Assembly (NCBI RefSeq): GCF_000143415.4
Contig: NW_003314330.1
Span: forward strand, 496,001 to 560,000
Length of the DNA stretch: 64,000 bases
DNA from: Selaginella moellendorffii
Lineage: Eukaryota > Plantae > Lycopodiophyta
Reading direction: 5' to 3'
Part shown: positions 50,769-63,000 of the stretch, in pieces
Position numbering within the stretch: the first letter of the stretch is position 1
Layout of the letters: each line of letters begins with the position of its first letter
Notes under the pieces: generated by a model
Seen by the model: the letters and a program-made list of their open reading frames with translations, nothing else
What the model was told of the DNA's origin: nothing
The model's database searches: none
Translations under genes and position numbers: made by a program

Positions 50769-52500
50769 ATGGCAGGCGTCGCGACTCCCAACCACGCCCT
50801 CCTCTTCATTGCCGGCGGCGCCTACCTCTCGAGTAAGCAATCCTCCACAGATCTCTTTCCCCGGCGCATCGATCAGAATTTCGCGGAGCCGAGAGGTTTT
50901 AGCAGGGTTTATGTGACAAGGAATCCACGCCGGCCGCTGGCGCTGTCGGCATCGATCCAGCGCGCCCCCATTCACGGGCTGAGCTTGAGCGTGGCGGTCA
51001 AGAAGCGGCGAGAATTGGGCCAAGCCCGAGCTTTCTGGAGCGATGCTTTTGAGGGCTACTTGGGCGAGGAGAACGAGCTCCCCCAGGACCCTTGGAACCG
51101 GCTCACGAGGTTCTTGCGGAGGAGCGTCTCGGGTGTTGGAAAGGGGCGGTCCGGGACTTTCTTGGAGCAAGTTTTTCTTTACGCTGTCTATGCCGCGGTG
51201 AGCTGCTTGGTCCAGCTTATAGGCCTGCGGTACATGGATCCACACAGGATCGACACGAAGAAGGCCACCGCCTGTAAGAAGGAGCTGTCCAAGCGCTTGG
51301 GACGTGATCTCAAGCAAACCAACATGTACGAGGTGCGTTACTTTGTGTTTGGGCTTTTTTTTTTCTTTGAGCTGGTTGACTGACGCATTTGTTCTTCTTT
51401 CTGAAACAGGATATTATTGCTGGGAACGTCGTGAATCCGCAGGGGATTGACGTGACTTTTTCGTCCATCGGTGGATTGGAAGATGTGAAAGACTCTTTGT
51501 ATGAGCTCGCGATTCTTCCTCTGCAGCGCCCGGAGCTCTTCTCGCAGGGAAAGCTGCTGAGACCCCAGAAAGGAGTGCTGCTTTATGGACCACCGGGAAC
51601 TGGGAAGACTCTTCTTGCGAAAGCACTCGCCAAGGAGGCGCGAGCGGTGTTTATAAACGTCCAGATCGCGAGTCTGATGAGCAAATGGTTGGGCGATGCA
51701 CAGAAGCTCGGTATGTTTTGCTCTTTCATTGGTAGCTGATCGAATTTCTTTTCTTCGTACAGTGACTGCTGTATTTACCTTGGCTCACAAGCTCCAGCCT
51801 TCTATCATCTTCATCGATGAAGTGGACAGCTTCTTGGGACGTCGAGGAGTTACCAGTCACGAAGTCATGACTCAAATGAAGACTGAGTTTATGGCTCTAT
51901 GGGATGGCTTGACCACTGATCGTAAGTTCCACTTCAAAATCCTTTTTTCTCGATGTTTGGGCTTTTGGCTGACAACGAGCTTAATCCAGAGAATGCAAGG
52001 GTGCTTGTCTTGGCTGCCACGAATAGGCCATGGGAGCTGGACGAAGCCATCCTCCGCCGTCTCCCTCGAGCTTTCGAGATTGGTATGCCGGACGTGAAGC
52101 AGCGAGCGAGCATTCTCCAAGTTTTGCTCAAGGAAGAGCGAGTGGAGGACGACCTCGACATCGACTACTTGGCGAGCTTGTGTGACGGCTGCAGTGGATC
52201 CGACTTGACCGAGCTTTGCAAGCAGGCTGCCTATCTTCCTATCCGGGATCTCCTCGAGCAGGAAAAGCACGGGTTGTCATCTGGAAAGGTAAGGGATCTT
52301 TGCTTTGTTTTGACGATCGATCAATCTCTCTTCAGGTTGCAAGAAAGCTCAAGCAGAGTGACTTCGAGTCCGTTCTCATGAACAATCGCTCGTCCAAAGC
52401 GGCGGCATTCGAGTACCAAAGCAAGAAGCATTACGATAAGAACAATCGAGACAACATCCCAGTCTTCACCACTAGCGATTTTCCGTTCGCTTGCAACTAA
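50769..52500 (+). CDS. Msp1/ATAD1-like membrane-anchored AAA+ ATPase with N-terminal extension, multi-exon
   Basis: TM segment [33 protein letters not shown], Walker [18 protein letters not shown], Walker [20 protein letters not shown] and [18 protein letters not shown]. Confidence 0.92.
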
Positions 52501-53165
52501 GAAAAAGAAAACGAGGAAGGTACTCTAGAATGGACGATTACGAAGGATTCTTTGCGTGTAATAGATGGTTGCTAGACAAGAACTATGGCTCCACAGGATT
52601 ATTTCTTCACAGGGAAACTCTAATAGATGCTTGAGTTTTAATCGAAAAGCTCTATTTTCTAGATGTAGTTAGTTACTATGGCCCGTTTATTTGGATTAGG
52701 GCTTCCATGGCACAGGGGAGCCATGGAAGAGGAAGCGCCTTCGCTGGAGCTCGGGCGCCTCGCGACAGGTAAGCGACGGATCGCGTGCTTTTCTTTCCGC
52801 TCCATAGATTGTGGCTGCCTGCATTGCATTCTCGCGTCGATCCAGCTCTTGCCGGTGGATTTCGTAGAGCCTCTAGCTTCTGGATGGATTTCCTGCGTCC
52901 TTTTGCTCTTTTGTTGCGGATCGATCCCTTTCTTGGTCGAAATATTCCGTTTTGAGCTGCTCTGGCTGTGGATTCTAAGCAAGGTTTTCGTGTTTTTGCT
53001 CTCTGGCAGGAATGCGGTACCGTGTTCATGTGTTATCCAACGAGAAAGGTCCGTTTGTTCCGTCTTTCAGTTTTTATAACGTCCCAGAACGCCCAGAACG
53101 GTGGCCGAGAGAAGGAACCAACTATCTTTGCCTACACCGCAGCGTTACCTAGAGGTTAGCAAGGG

Positions 53166-54104
53166 ATGGAGCAGCAGCGCTCGAGGCAGCACGTCGAAAA
53201 GCCGAGGCTGGAGATTCCAGACTCGAAGCTCTCGCCAGGAAATGCATCGTCTTCGTCCCCACGAAGCATGCATGGATTTCCAACGAGTCCCGAGTATGTC
53301 TCCTCGTCTAGCAGAGACGTCAAGAGCTTCGAGGATTGGTCTTCCCAGTCCGCGGCTTCTCTCGTCCCGGCTATCAGCTCCCAGGATGATGCCGCTGGTG
53401 TTGTTGAGGTGGTGGGAAGGAAGAGGCTACACTTCTACGTTGGGGAGTTCGTGCTGGTTAGATGCAACCATACCAAATGGCTGCTGGGACAAGTTCGTCG
53501 CTCGTCCAGGAATGGAGTCATAGTTTGGGTTGGAGCTGCGCAGACACTCGTCAATGTTCCCTATAATTTACTGGTTTCGCACTTCGTGAAGCTTGACAGC
53601 CCGTCGCTGCCGGCGTCTCCACCATCAAGTTTGTCTCCGGAGACTTTGGTCGAGGTTGGCCGGGATGGACAGATCTTGGCACCGTTCCAGTGTGTTCGTC
53701 CGGCGCATCTATCGCACAGGAAGCTCTTTCAGCCACTCAAGTTTTTCTCGACGGACGGGAACCAGGGAAACAGTGCTTTTGCTGCGGCTAGTTCGATGCA
53801 ACACAACGAAGTCAGTGAAGGGGGCAGCGATGGAGTCCGGAGGGAGATGCTCTTTCTTGCAGACCGTGGCTCGGCTTCACTTCCGGCTTATACTCCCGGG
53901 AAATTGGAGACTCTTGAAGTGTTCAAAGGCTTGAAAGACACACAAGAAGCTGGGCAGAGGACTTCGCAGCCTTCGTGCTCGCTTTGCAGATTTAGATTCT
54001 CGGAAGACGATACGTCGTCCATTGCGAGTAGAGATAGCGAATCTGTTTCGACAGGAAACACTCGTTTGATCAAGAAATGGGCAAATTCGACTGGATCACG
54101 GTGA
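53166..54104 (+). CDS. Hypothetical Ser-rich protein with a small Tudor/SH3-like beta-barrel segment
   Basis: 312-codon ORF in a genic context, with apparent UTR introns (GTAAG near 52769, GTGAG near 54152). FYVGEFVLVRCNHTKWLLGQVRR..VIVWVG resembles an SH3/Tudor-like barrel. Confidence 0.6.
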   Translation: MEQQRSRQHVEKPRLEIPDSKLSPGNASSSSPRSMHGFPTSPEYVSSSSRDVKSFEDWSSQSAASLVPAISSQDDAAGVVEVVGRKRLHFYVGEFVLVRCNHTKWLLGQVRRSSRNGVIVWVGAAQTLVNVPYNLLVSHFVKLDSPSLPASPPSSLSPETLVEVGRDGQILAPFQCVRPAHLSHRKLFQPLKFFSTDGNQGNSAFAAASSMQHNEVSEGGSDGVRREMLFLADRGSASLPAYTPGKLETLEVFKGLKDTQEAGQRTSQPSCSLCRFRFSEDDTSSIASRDSESVSTGNTRLIKKWANSTGSR

Positions 54105-54428
54105 TAGAAAACGGCTTGGACATCAGAAAGACGCAGTGTAATTACTAGGAGGTGAGCTCTCAAAAGTTTTCTTCTTCTTCTTTTTTTTTTTCCTCTGCGG
54201 CTTAGCTAACGCTTCTCTTTCTTTCTTGACAGGTTGTTTAAAAGTTTGTACTTTTGACTCACAGAGAAATAAAATTCTGGTGGCTGAATCACCTCAAAGG
54301 TAGGGTTTTCCTTAATTCACTTGCTGCTTAGGTCGAAGGCGTGTTCCTGGCGGAGCTTCGTCTTCGTCGCACGTAACTTCCAGAAAGTTCTTGATAGATT
54401 CTGAGGCGTGAGTATATGCAGGTTTTCA

Positions 54429-55324
54429 ATGGCCTATCCTCCGGATTTACCAGGTTGAAGGAGCAGCATTTTTATGCTTCTTTCTTTTATTTCTCTTGTC
54501 CTGATGAAAAACTGTTTGCAGCCAAGGAAGATCTGGCGAGTGCACACAGCACAGACTTATCGCCCTCGGCAATAACGATTGCATTTGAGCCGGTCCTTCC
54601 AGTGTTACGAGTACCAGTTCCTGCCGGAAGTGATGATGATCCTTCGAAAGGTCCATTCGTTTTGGCATTCAAGGACGAGGCAAGCTGGAGCCGTGCATGG
54701 CAGAACTGCGAGAAACAAATTACTTCACAGTGCGAGGTACGTAAGCCTTAGAAATTGAATGGGAGCACCTACTCACTTCGTTTTTCCTAGGCTGCTACTA
54801 TGAAGGGTTGTTCGATCACTGCCTCAAAGGCTTGCCGCTCCCCCTGGTGGAAAGCGTTCGTCCCAAATTTTAATACCAGCACGGAAGACCGAGAAGCTTG
54901 CGAGGAGAAGGCCATGATGGCTTGTCTCGCTGCGTCTAGACGAGACGGGATTAAGTTCGCGAGGGGAGTTTGCGAAGAGGTGTTCGGTGATGCAAGGATA
55001 GCGAACAAGCTCCAGTTTGCTGATCCACAAGGACACACAAACAGATCGACAGAGAACGCATCGACAAGCAACCACAACCAAGTCTTGATCGAGAATCCAG
55101 GCTCCACAAACTTTAGAGGGAGGTCTCTTACGGATGGAGCAGACGACAAGCATTACCAAAGCTCTCTGGGGAAGCGAATGCTCGAGAATGGATGGGAAGG
55201 TGGTCTGGTCTCTCCGAAAAAGAAGAGCGATGCAATAGCAGCAGGAGTAATGGATCGACTGAAACTGTGGCTCGAGTTTGTGAGCGAAGCTGTGACAAAG
55301 CTAAGGAAATCTTTCAAGGACTAA
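54429..55324 (+). CDS. Conserved plant Cys-rich protein of unknown function, probably 3 coding exons
   Basis: LRVPVPAG.DDDPSKGPFVLAFKD..SW..AW..CE..I..QCE/..GCSITASKAC..PWWK..REACEE..M..CL pattern. GT-AG junctions keep frame. Start inferred. Confidence 0.7.
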
Positions 55325-56066
55325 AGGAAAGAGGAGAAATAATTATGGGTTCGAACTCTCAGATTCAGTATTCCAAGTTCATCGAGCTCCCTGGCAAAAG
55401 TGAACCGGGTCAGGTACGTGTGGAACGCAGCCATGCTTGGACCCAGTGGCAGTGAGTTTGTGCAGCTAGGAGTTTTAAGACTGCATGGCTTCTCATGGTT
55501 TACAATGGCTTCTCATGGTTTACAAGTGACCAGACTACACGAAGAATTTGCTGCAAAAGCATTGGAAGTTGAATTCCTGGTGAGTTGTCTTGGTAATCTT
55601 GCAACATGCGAGAGGAGTACAGTGAAATTTTTCACTTGGCACTGCAGCTGAATAGACCAGTCTTGCAAAACACCTGTAGCCAACTCAAATCTGAAGCAAT
55701 CAATTGTTTTCGCTTTTGAGTACCTTTCAATTGTGCGTTTATCAAGAAGCTTTCTGGCTATTAAGGTGGAGACTATTACACCTTTTTTTCTTTAGTAAAG
55801 GTCAAAAGGTAAGGGAATATTCGCAGTAGAGTCTGATGGGCAGTACTTGGCATGATCAGGTATCTTGAGATATAGATCTGTGTGTCATGCATGACCTGGG
55901 TAATGTTGCTTGCATAAAAAATAGTCAATATTAAATTTAACATAGTACATACAATGTGTCTACAAATGTATACACAACTTTAAACAGAGCGATACTATAC
56001 TAATCTACTAGATAAAAGGAAATAATTAAAACCACTATAAAATGATTTTATTTAGAAATCTAAAAT

Positions 56067-56956
56067 ATGTTATTTTTAGCATTTATAATCCTATTTTTTT
56101 GTAGATATGGTTTCAAGTGCAATAGTTTGGGGAGATAATTACACATTAATTCAAGATGAAGTTGCTATAATTATTGAACATGGATTTAGAGTACTTGAAG
56201 CACAAATTAATAATTCATTTCCTGATTATTCTTCTACTTATGACAATTGGATGTCTGTTAATTTTGGTAGAGGAGCTGCTCTTTTAATGATAAAGTGTAT
56301 GGAAGCAAATCCTCCAAATTGTTTAATTGGTAAGGATAAATTTGAATATACAGTTAATGGTCGTGCACTTAGAAGTAGATTTCGGACATTAAGAAAAATT
56401 TATACTGATGCAATGCTAAAAGCACGCTCTAATATGTGTGATATTAAATATTTAAACTATAGAATTGCATATGCTATATATTATTGGTGGAATATTACTG
56501 ATGATATTTACAGTTTAAAATCTTTGCATACCATTTCTTATAAAGATCGTAAAACTTGTGATACTATAGAAAGTACATTATTTTCAGGTTTTTATAAGCA
56601 TAACTTAAGAACTTATGAATATTTAATATCTCAAAATGGGAAAAATATTCTTTTTATATCAACAAACTGTAAACTTGTATTATATTCTGGTAGAAAACTT
56701 GTGTGGATGTCTAGAGTTATAGAAACATATATTGGATTTTGTGAACTTACCTTACAAAAAGATGGTAATCTTGTATTAAAGACAAAATTAAAAAAAGTAA
56801 TTTATTGATAAATATTGCATTAATCAACCTTACTGTTTATTTCTTACATTCATGACAATACAAAATGATTGTAATCTTATAGTTTATTCACTAAAATCAC
56901 CAAATCATATTTGGTGGTCTACAAGAACACAAAATCATCCTAATTGTATAAAATGA
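56067..56956 (+). pseudogene. Paralogue of the 48438 B-lectin fusion gene with two frameshifts
   Basis: Shared motifs WG.NYTL.Q.EV, YD.W.SV.FGRGAAL, NPPNC, MCDI..NYR and LIS.NGKNIL. Signal peptide out of frame by one base at the T7 run 56094-56100. Last lectin repeat IQNDCNLIVY..IWWSTRT is in another frame after ~56800. Confidence 0.85.
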
Positions 56957-57049
56957 TAAATATTTCATTAATTTAACAAGTTTAAATTAATAATAACTAA
57001 TGATAAAGAAATATTTTAAAATAAATTATGAAAAATATAGTTTACATAT

Positions 57050-57600
57050 TTAAGATAGTTCACTAAAGACTTTCATTTCAACTTTAGTATATATAATTTA
57101 ATTAATTTACTAATATTTCTTGTTATGAGCGTTAAATACTATACTACAAAAACTTAGTGCCATATACATATATATATTGAAAGACCCTACACTATCCTTC
57201 CCTCTGGAAAATTAAAAGGTGATAATGAGGATTCATGGTGACAGTATATCCAAATCTCATCCCATAATCACATGTGTTACAAAGGTGAATATATTAATTA
57301 TATTTTTCTTGAGTTTCAGATAAGATAAAAATATCATCAAGATAGATGATAATAAAGAGATTAATAAAATCATAAAAGATGTCATTTGTCATATTTTGGA
57401 AAACTACAAGAGCATTAGTCAAACCAAAAGGCATCACAATATATTTAAATTGGCTATAACAAATATGAAAAAGTGCTTTTCACTCATCACCTTTCTGAAT
57501 ATGGGTGAATTTATAAATGCCAAGCAAGTTAATCTTATTAAACAACTAGGTCTTGGAGAGCCATTCCAACATCTCAAAGATCAATAAAAATGGATATTAA
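57050..57600 (-). mobile_element. Internally deleted Gypsy remnant: RT fragment, PPT and LTR start
   Basis: Minus strand reads IQKGDE*KALF..FKYIVMPFGLTNALVVFQNMTNDIF..IIYLDDIFILS, followed by purine tract GAGGGAAGGATAG and TGTAGGG near 57192. Confidence 0.7.
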
Positions 57601-57624
57601 TTGGGAACTATGATTTTGTGATTT

Positions 57625-60028
57625 AAAGTTTATTTCTAAAACTCCAAAGTCTATGAATAATGTACAATACTTCATAGGCAACATGTAATATCTTAGTTAT
57701 TTTGTTGATCATCTTTTTAATTGCATTGCATTATTACAAGCATTACTAAAGTTATCAATGTCATCTTTCATTTTGTCTACGGACTGTGAGTAAATGTTTA
57801 CGGATTTCAAAGAGTTATTTGATGACTCCTCCAATTTTGGTATATCCTGATTACACTTGACCTTTCATTTTTAGTGTCAATGTTTTTGATATTGGTCTTG
57901 AAGATGTGTTGATGCAAGAAAATCCGAGTGTGCCTAATTAGCGCTATCCTATTGCATATATCAGCCATACATTACAATCAACGGAGGTGAACTACTCCAT
58001 GATAGAGAAGGAGTATTTAGCAATAGTTTGGGGTTTCAAGAAATTTCATGCATATTTACATAATTCTCAGATGTTTTTAAAAAATAATCATGCTGCATTT
58101 ACTTCATTATTGAAGTGGAAGAACTTGGTTGGTCATATTGTTCGGTGGGTTATGAAGTTTCAAATATATGATTTTGATGTTGTTCATCACTTAGGGAATT
58201 CTATGGTTAATACTAATGCCCTTTCTCAAGTTCTTTTTCATTCTTCACTCTTTCTCATGTTTTTAATGAGTTTGTTGTTCTCACATCTATGGATTTTTTG
58301 GATAAGGATTCCATACCATTAGCGGTTGCTGTATTTAACGTTTGGTGTCCATAAAGTGCAAAACAAGATTTACTTTCTCTTGATGAGGTTCACGAGGCTA
58401 AAAAAATTGAGTTAGAGTTCGTGATAGGTTTGAGAATCCTACATCATTTGCTAATGACTTGCCATTTCAGCATTTACATTCTCAATATCACCTTAAGGAC
58501 AGTCTTCTTTATTTGTAGGGACAGATCATAATGATCATTTATATCTGGTAGTGACTTCAATTTTTATTCCATGCTTTTTATATGCCTACCATGATTCTCT
58601 TATTTTAGGTGGGTATATAGGACATTATTGTGTGACCAAGAAGTTATATAGGTTTTTTTATTCACTAAAGATGCAACATGACGTTATCTAGTATGTATGT
58701 AACTATATGTAGTGCCAAACTTGTAATACTCCCCTCATGCTACAGAAGGACGGTAAAGTCAAATTTAGTTTCTTGGTTGTTTGAGTTGGGCATTTTTCCA
58801 CAATTGACTATTGACAATGAGTATGTCATTATTACTTTTGATTATTTGACTTGATAGGTGGAAATTTGTGCTCTTACTAGTGCATCTATCACTACTATTA
58901 GCTACTTCCTTCTCAATTAAGTGGTGTTTCAGCATTTCTGTTCGAAGTGAATTCTTTCGGACAATGGTCCCATATTTATGGCTAAGGCATTTTATATTTT
59001 CATATCTCGGTTGGGGATATGTTACATTTTTACAAGTGTTTATCATCCACAATCAAATGGTTTAGCTGAATGGTTTATTCAGATCTTCAAAGGGATGATC
59101 ACAAAGTATATAAACTTTCTGTAAGCTCTTAAGTTTGGACTTCTTGGAAGGTCACCCAGCTTAATATTATTCAAACCTAAGAACACTTAACTTCAAATAT
59201 CCCAAAACCTTTAACCGATTGGAAAAAAAAGGTGTATTTTTGTTTATGGACCTTTTCCCTTTATATTTGAACTCCATGGATCGTCTCTTAAATCATTCCT
59301 TTTGGTTGCTTACACTTTCAGCATTTGGATTGAAATGTTATTTGCCATCTCTTCAGTATGCATATGTTACAAGGGTACAAAGTTTTGTTGATGCTTCACC
59401 ATATAAACTCTTATATAGCTATGAGCCAATACTACTAACAGAGTTGAGTTTACCTTCGTGATTGCTATAATCTACTGATGCTATATCTTGGGATTAATAT
59501 TTAACAAGCATTCTTCCACTTATCCGAGTAAAGTCTATTGAATATCTAAGTTGCATACAAGTGGGATGACAACGATGCTACAACTCTCATCATCATCCAC
59601 CTTCGGAGTATAAAGTGGATGATTTAGTGTTAGTCTATTTTCCCAATTTTATGGTATATAATTTGTCTAAAAGGCTCCTTGTTCAATGGAAGGGACTATA
59701 TCACATGTTGCGGCAAGTTAGATTGCAAGTTTATAAAATTTGGTATGACATTTAACAAGCTGATCCTCTAGAAATTATGCATATACAATGGCTGAAACAC
59801 TTCATACAAAAAGATTAAGAACAATTGACACCACTTATAGATCTATCGATGCCACCTTCTAATGTTCCTTTAGATCTTGTCTATAAGAGAATTTTGACTA
59901 TTTTCCATCATTCCAAGAGAAGGGGATAATGTAAGGTCCAAGTATATGGTTATGATGTTATATACAAATATTAATATAATAGGATTTTGGATTGGTTTCA
60001 ATTTGAACCATTCACTCTTATATGTAAA
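57625..60028 (+). mobile_element. Second, more degraded copy of the Gypsy family at 1-4512 (RNase H, integrase, PPT, truncated 3' LTR from 59930)
   Basis: Collinear with ~2250-4444 (e.g. NYSMIEKEYLAIVWGF, catttacattctcaatatcacctt, PPT GAGAAGGGGATAA, LTR TGTAAGG..ggattggtttcaat). Confidence 0.92.
59120..59314. mobile_element. Solo LTR (195 bp) with 5-bp TSD CTTTC nested in the Gypsy integrase
   Basis: TGTAAGC...GCTTACA termini. CTTTC at 59115-59119 and 59315-59319. Absent from copy 1 (aactttcaacattcgg near 3713). Confidence 0.9.
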
Positions 60029-63000
60029 CTAGCACTTGCCTAGCATATGCTGTTCTATTAGCAAAATAGTGTTTTAAATGTTAAGTCTAATAAATAAATA
60101 AAATAGCTTTGAAAAGCTTGTATTTATATATCAAGAATTTCTTTCAGTGCTATAAACAATATATGGAGCATCTAGTATAAAACCTCTTTATAAACTATGC
60201 TGATAGTGAAAGTAGAAGGACTCAAAAAGAATAACTGTCCTTGGAGTGATGTGTTTTGTACTTTAATACCTAATCCTGCTAGTGATGTGCATCTTGATAA
60301 AGCCACATAAAGTTGCCCGTGGGTGAAAACTGGATGTGGCAAGTGTATTCCAACTCGGTCAAATGTCTGGCCTTGACACTTAGAGATTGTAAGGCAATAC
60401 CCCAAACGTACTGGAAATTGTCTTCTAGACATTTTAAATGGAATTTCTATGTCTGAACGTGTGAGTGTGATTCGAGGGATGAAAGTGCGTGTACCTTTAA
60501 ATTGGCCTAATACAATTTCACAGTCTAGAATTGTTGGTAAAGCATGTTTAAGGATGAGGCGTGTACCATTACATAGTCCAATTGATGAACATATATTCCT
60601 TAATAGAATAAGGATAACACCTTCTTTAAGTAAGAGTTTATGTGGTGGAAGACCAGAAGGAGTAATGGAATTTAAGAATTCAATTGGAAAATCTTTTGGG
60701 TGTTCAGTATCAACAAAGTCAATACTTTCATAAATATGTATATCACCAGGTAAGGAAGAGACTATAGCATTATTAATAGGAAAAGTATCATCATTAAGTG
60801 GGGTAAGTATGACTCTATTAGCTGCAATATAGGGGTTTGAAATATCCTGTAGAGATGGAAAAACGAAATCAACAACAAAGGACATTATTACTTGTGTGTA
60901 AGGCAATATAATAGATTCTGAAGGTAAATTTGGTAAATTCACGTAATTATTACTATTTCCAATTTGAAGAAGCCAATCAGCCCATAAAGAGTTGTTTTCA
61001 AGTAGTCTCATATTCTTTTTTAGTGGAAGTGTTCTAAAAAATTTCCATAACCTATTCATTTTTATTGAATTTGAAACAATTTGTGCTCGATGACCATGTG
61101 GAATAACTGGTAGTATTTGTCTAAAGTCACCACTTGTAATAATAACAATGCCTCCAAAAGGTTATTTATTTATTTTTATATCTTGTAAAGCTAAGTTAAT
61201 GGCAGAAAATGCATGTGTGTGAACCATACTGATTTCATCCCATATTAACATATGTGCATTCTTAATTTTTTGACCTGCTTCACTATTAGCTATAATAGCA
61301 GAAGTAGAAGTTTCATTTATTAGAACAGGAAGTTTAAAAGTCATATGTGATGTTTGGCCATTATGTAGTAAAGTGCTTGCAATACCTGTCCAGGCCATAC
61401 TAATTACATTTTTGTTTAGAAGCTGAAATGTATATATAAGAGTGTTAAGGAGAAAAGTTTTACCAGTACCACCAGGACCATCGATAAAAACATATTGATT
61501 TTGTTCATTTTGGTTGTTAATCGTGTTTAGGATGTCATAATAAATAATCTTTTGTTCATTATTAAATTGAAGTAAATTTTGTTCTACAGAATCAATGAAC
61601 AATGTTAAATTAATATGATTATTTGTATCGAAATTTGTATAAGATGAAGGCAATTTATAATCTTGATTGGATTTTCCATATAGATTGAATCTGCTATTTA
61701 TATCATGTAAAGCATGTTCATAACAATGTAATGGATCTGTTAGTACAAAATCTTCAGAGAAAGAGGTTTTGAATTTTTCCCATAAGGAATAAGGATTTTT
61801 TGGATTACAAAAGACACATAAAAAAACAAATAATTGTTTTAATTGTGGTGGCATTTTGAAAGAGCAAGCATCTTCTAAACATTTTTCCCATTCTGTATCA
61901 TCTACTAGAAGTCCCATAGCAGATGCAGCAAGTTGAAATGTTTCAAAATAAGTATTATGAACTATTTTTAGATCATTAAAGGAAGTAGCCCTCTTTTATA
62001 AAGCAATATAAGGCGTAAATGATAAAGTTCAGTATTAGATGGGGAAACAAAATACATTTGTGAAATAATACTTCATTGATGTCTAATTTGCCAATGATGA
62101 GTGCGTTTATTAAATGTATAATGTAGAGGAATTTCAAGATATGTATATTGCCTTGCATTTGGATCATGTCTATTTAATTCAAACCATTTTGTTAACATAG
62201 TACCATTTTGAGTAGCTCTTTGAAGTTCAATTAGCTCATTACCTTCGATGAAATAAACATTTTAGAAATTTTCTAGATGAATAGGAAGACGAATTATAGG
62301 TGTTGAATGGCCATGCATTTTAAATTGAAAAAGTCTCCATATAGCTTCTGGAGCAAAAACATAACGGGTATTTAAAAAACTTGAAATTTCATCCCAGTTT
62401 AAGTTATTATCATGTTGTTGAGTTGCTAAATGGATTTCAATAGTGGCACAGTCATAACCTTTGTAAACATATTGAAATAGATATTTAATACTTTTATAGT
62501 TGCACATATTTCAATATTTATATGAGCTTTATATTTTTTACAAAGGTATTTGTTATAAGGTACAACCCAACAGTTATCCATATGACAACCATTTTTAAAA
62601 ACTGTACGTCTGTTGTCTGGTCTATAATAATCTAGATATCCATTAACAGAAAATGTTGTTTCATTATTAAATGTTTTTGGAAAACCCTTCGAGCAAGAAT
62701 CATTTTCCATGCAAGGACTATTAGGATAAAAAAAGTCCACATGGTCCATGTATCATATATGATGTAACTATTTCAAAGAGTTCAGGCTTGTCATGAGGAT
62801 CGGGTAATCCAGCCATGATATATTGATTAATTGCATCACGGTCTCTAATTTTATTTTCATGGGCTAGAATTCCTAGAAAATGACAATGTGGGAGACCTCG
62901 TTTTTGGAACTCAATTACATATATATATGCTATACATTTTCCAAATTTATGTCTTTTTGTTATATCTTTCAAAAATTCTTTAAGCTTAATATGGAAAACT

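Noticed and set aside
52678-53159. Short ORFs upstream of 53166 as a separate gene or coding exons
   Set aside because: An in-frame stop precedes the 53166 ATG. They are more likely 5' UTR/uORF sequence, and this cannot be resolved without transcripts.
55485-55525. 20-bp tandem duplication ATGGCTTCTCATGGTTTACA
   Set aside because: A simple local slippage duplication with no further structure.
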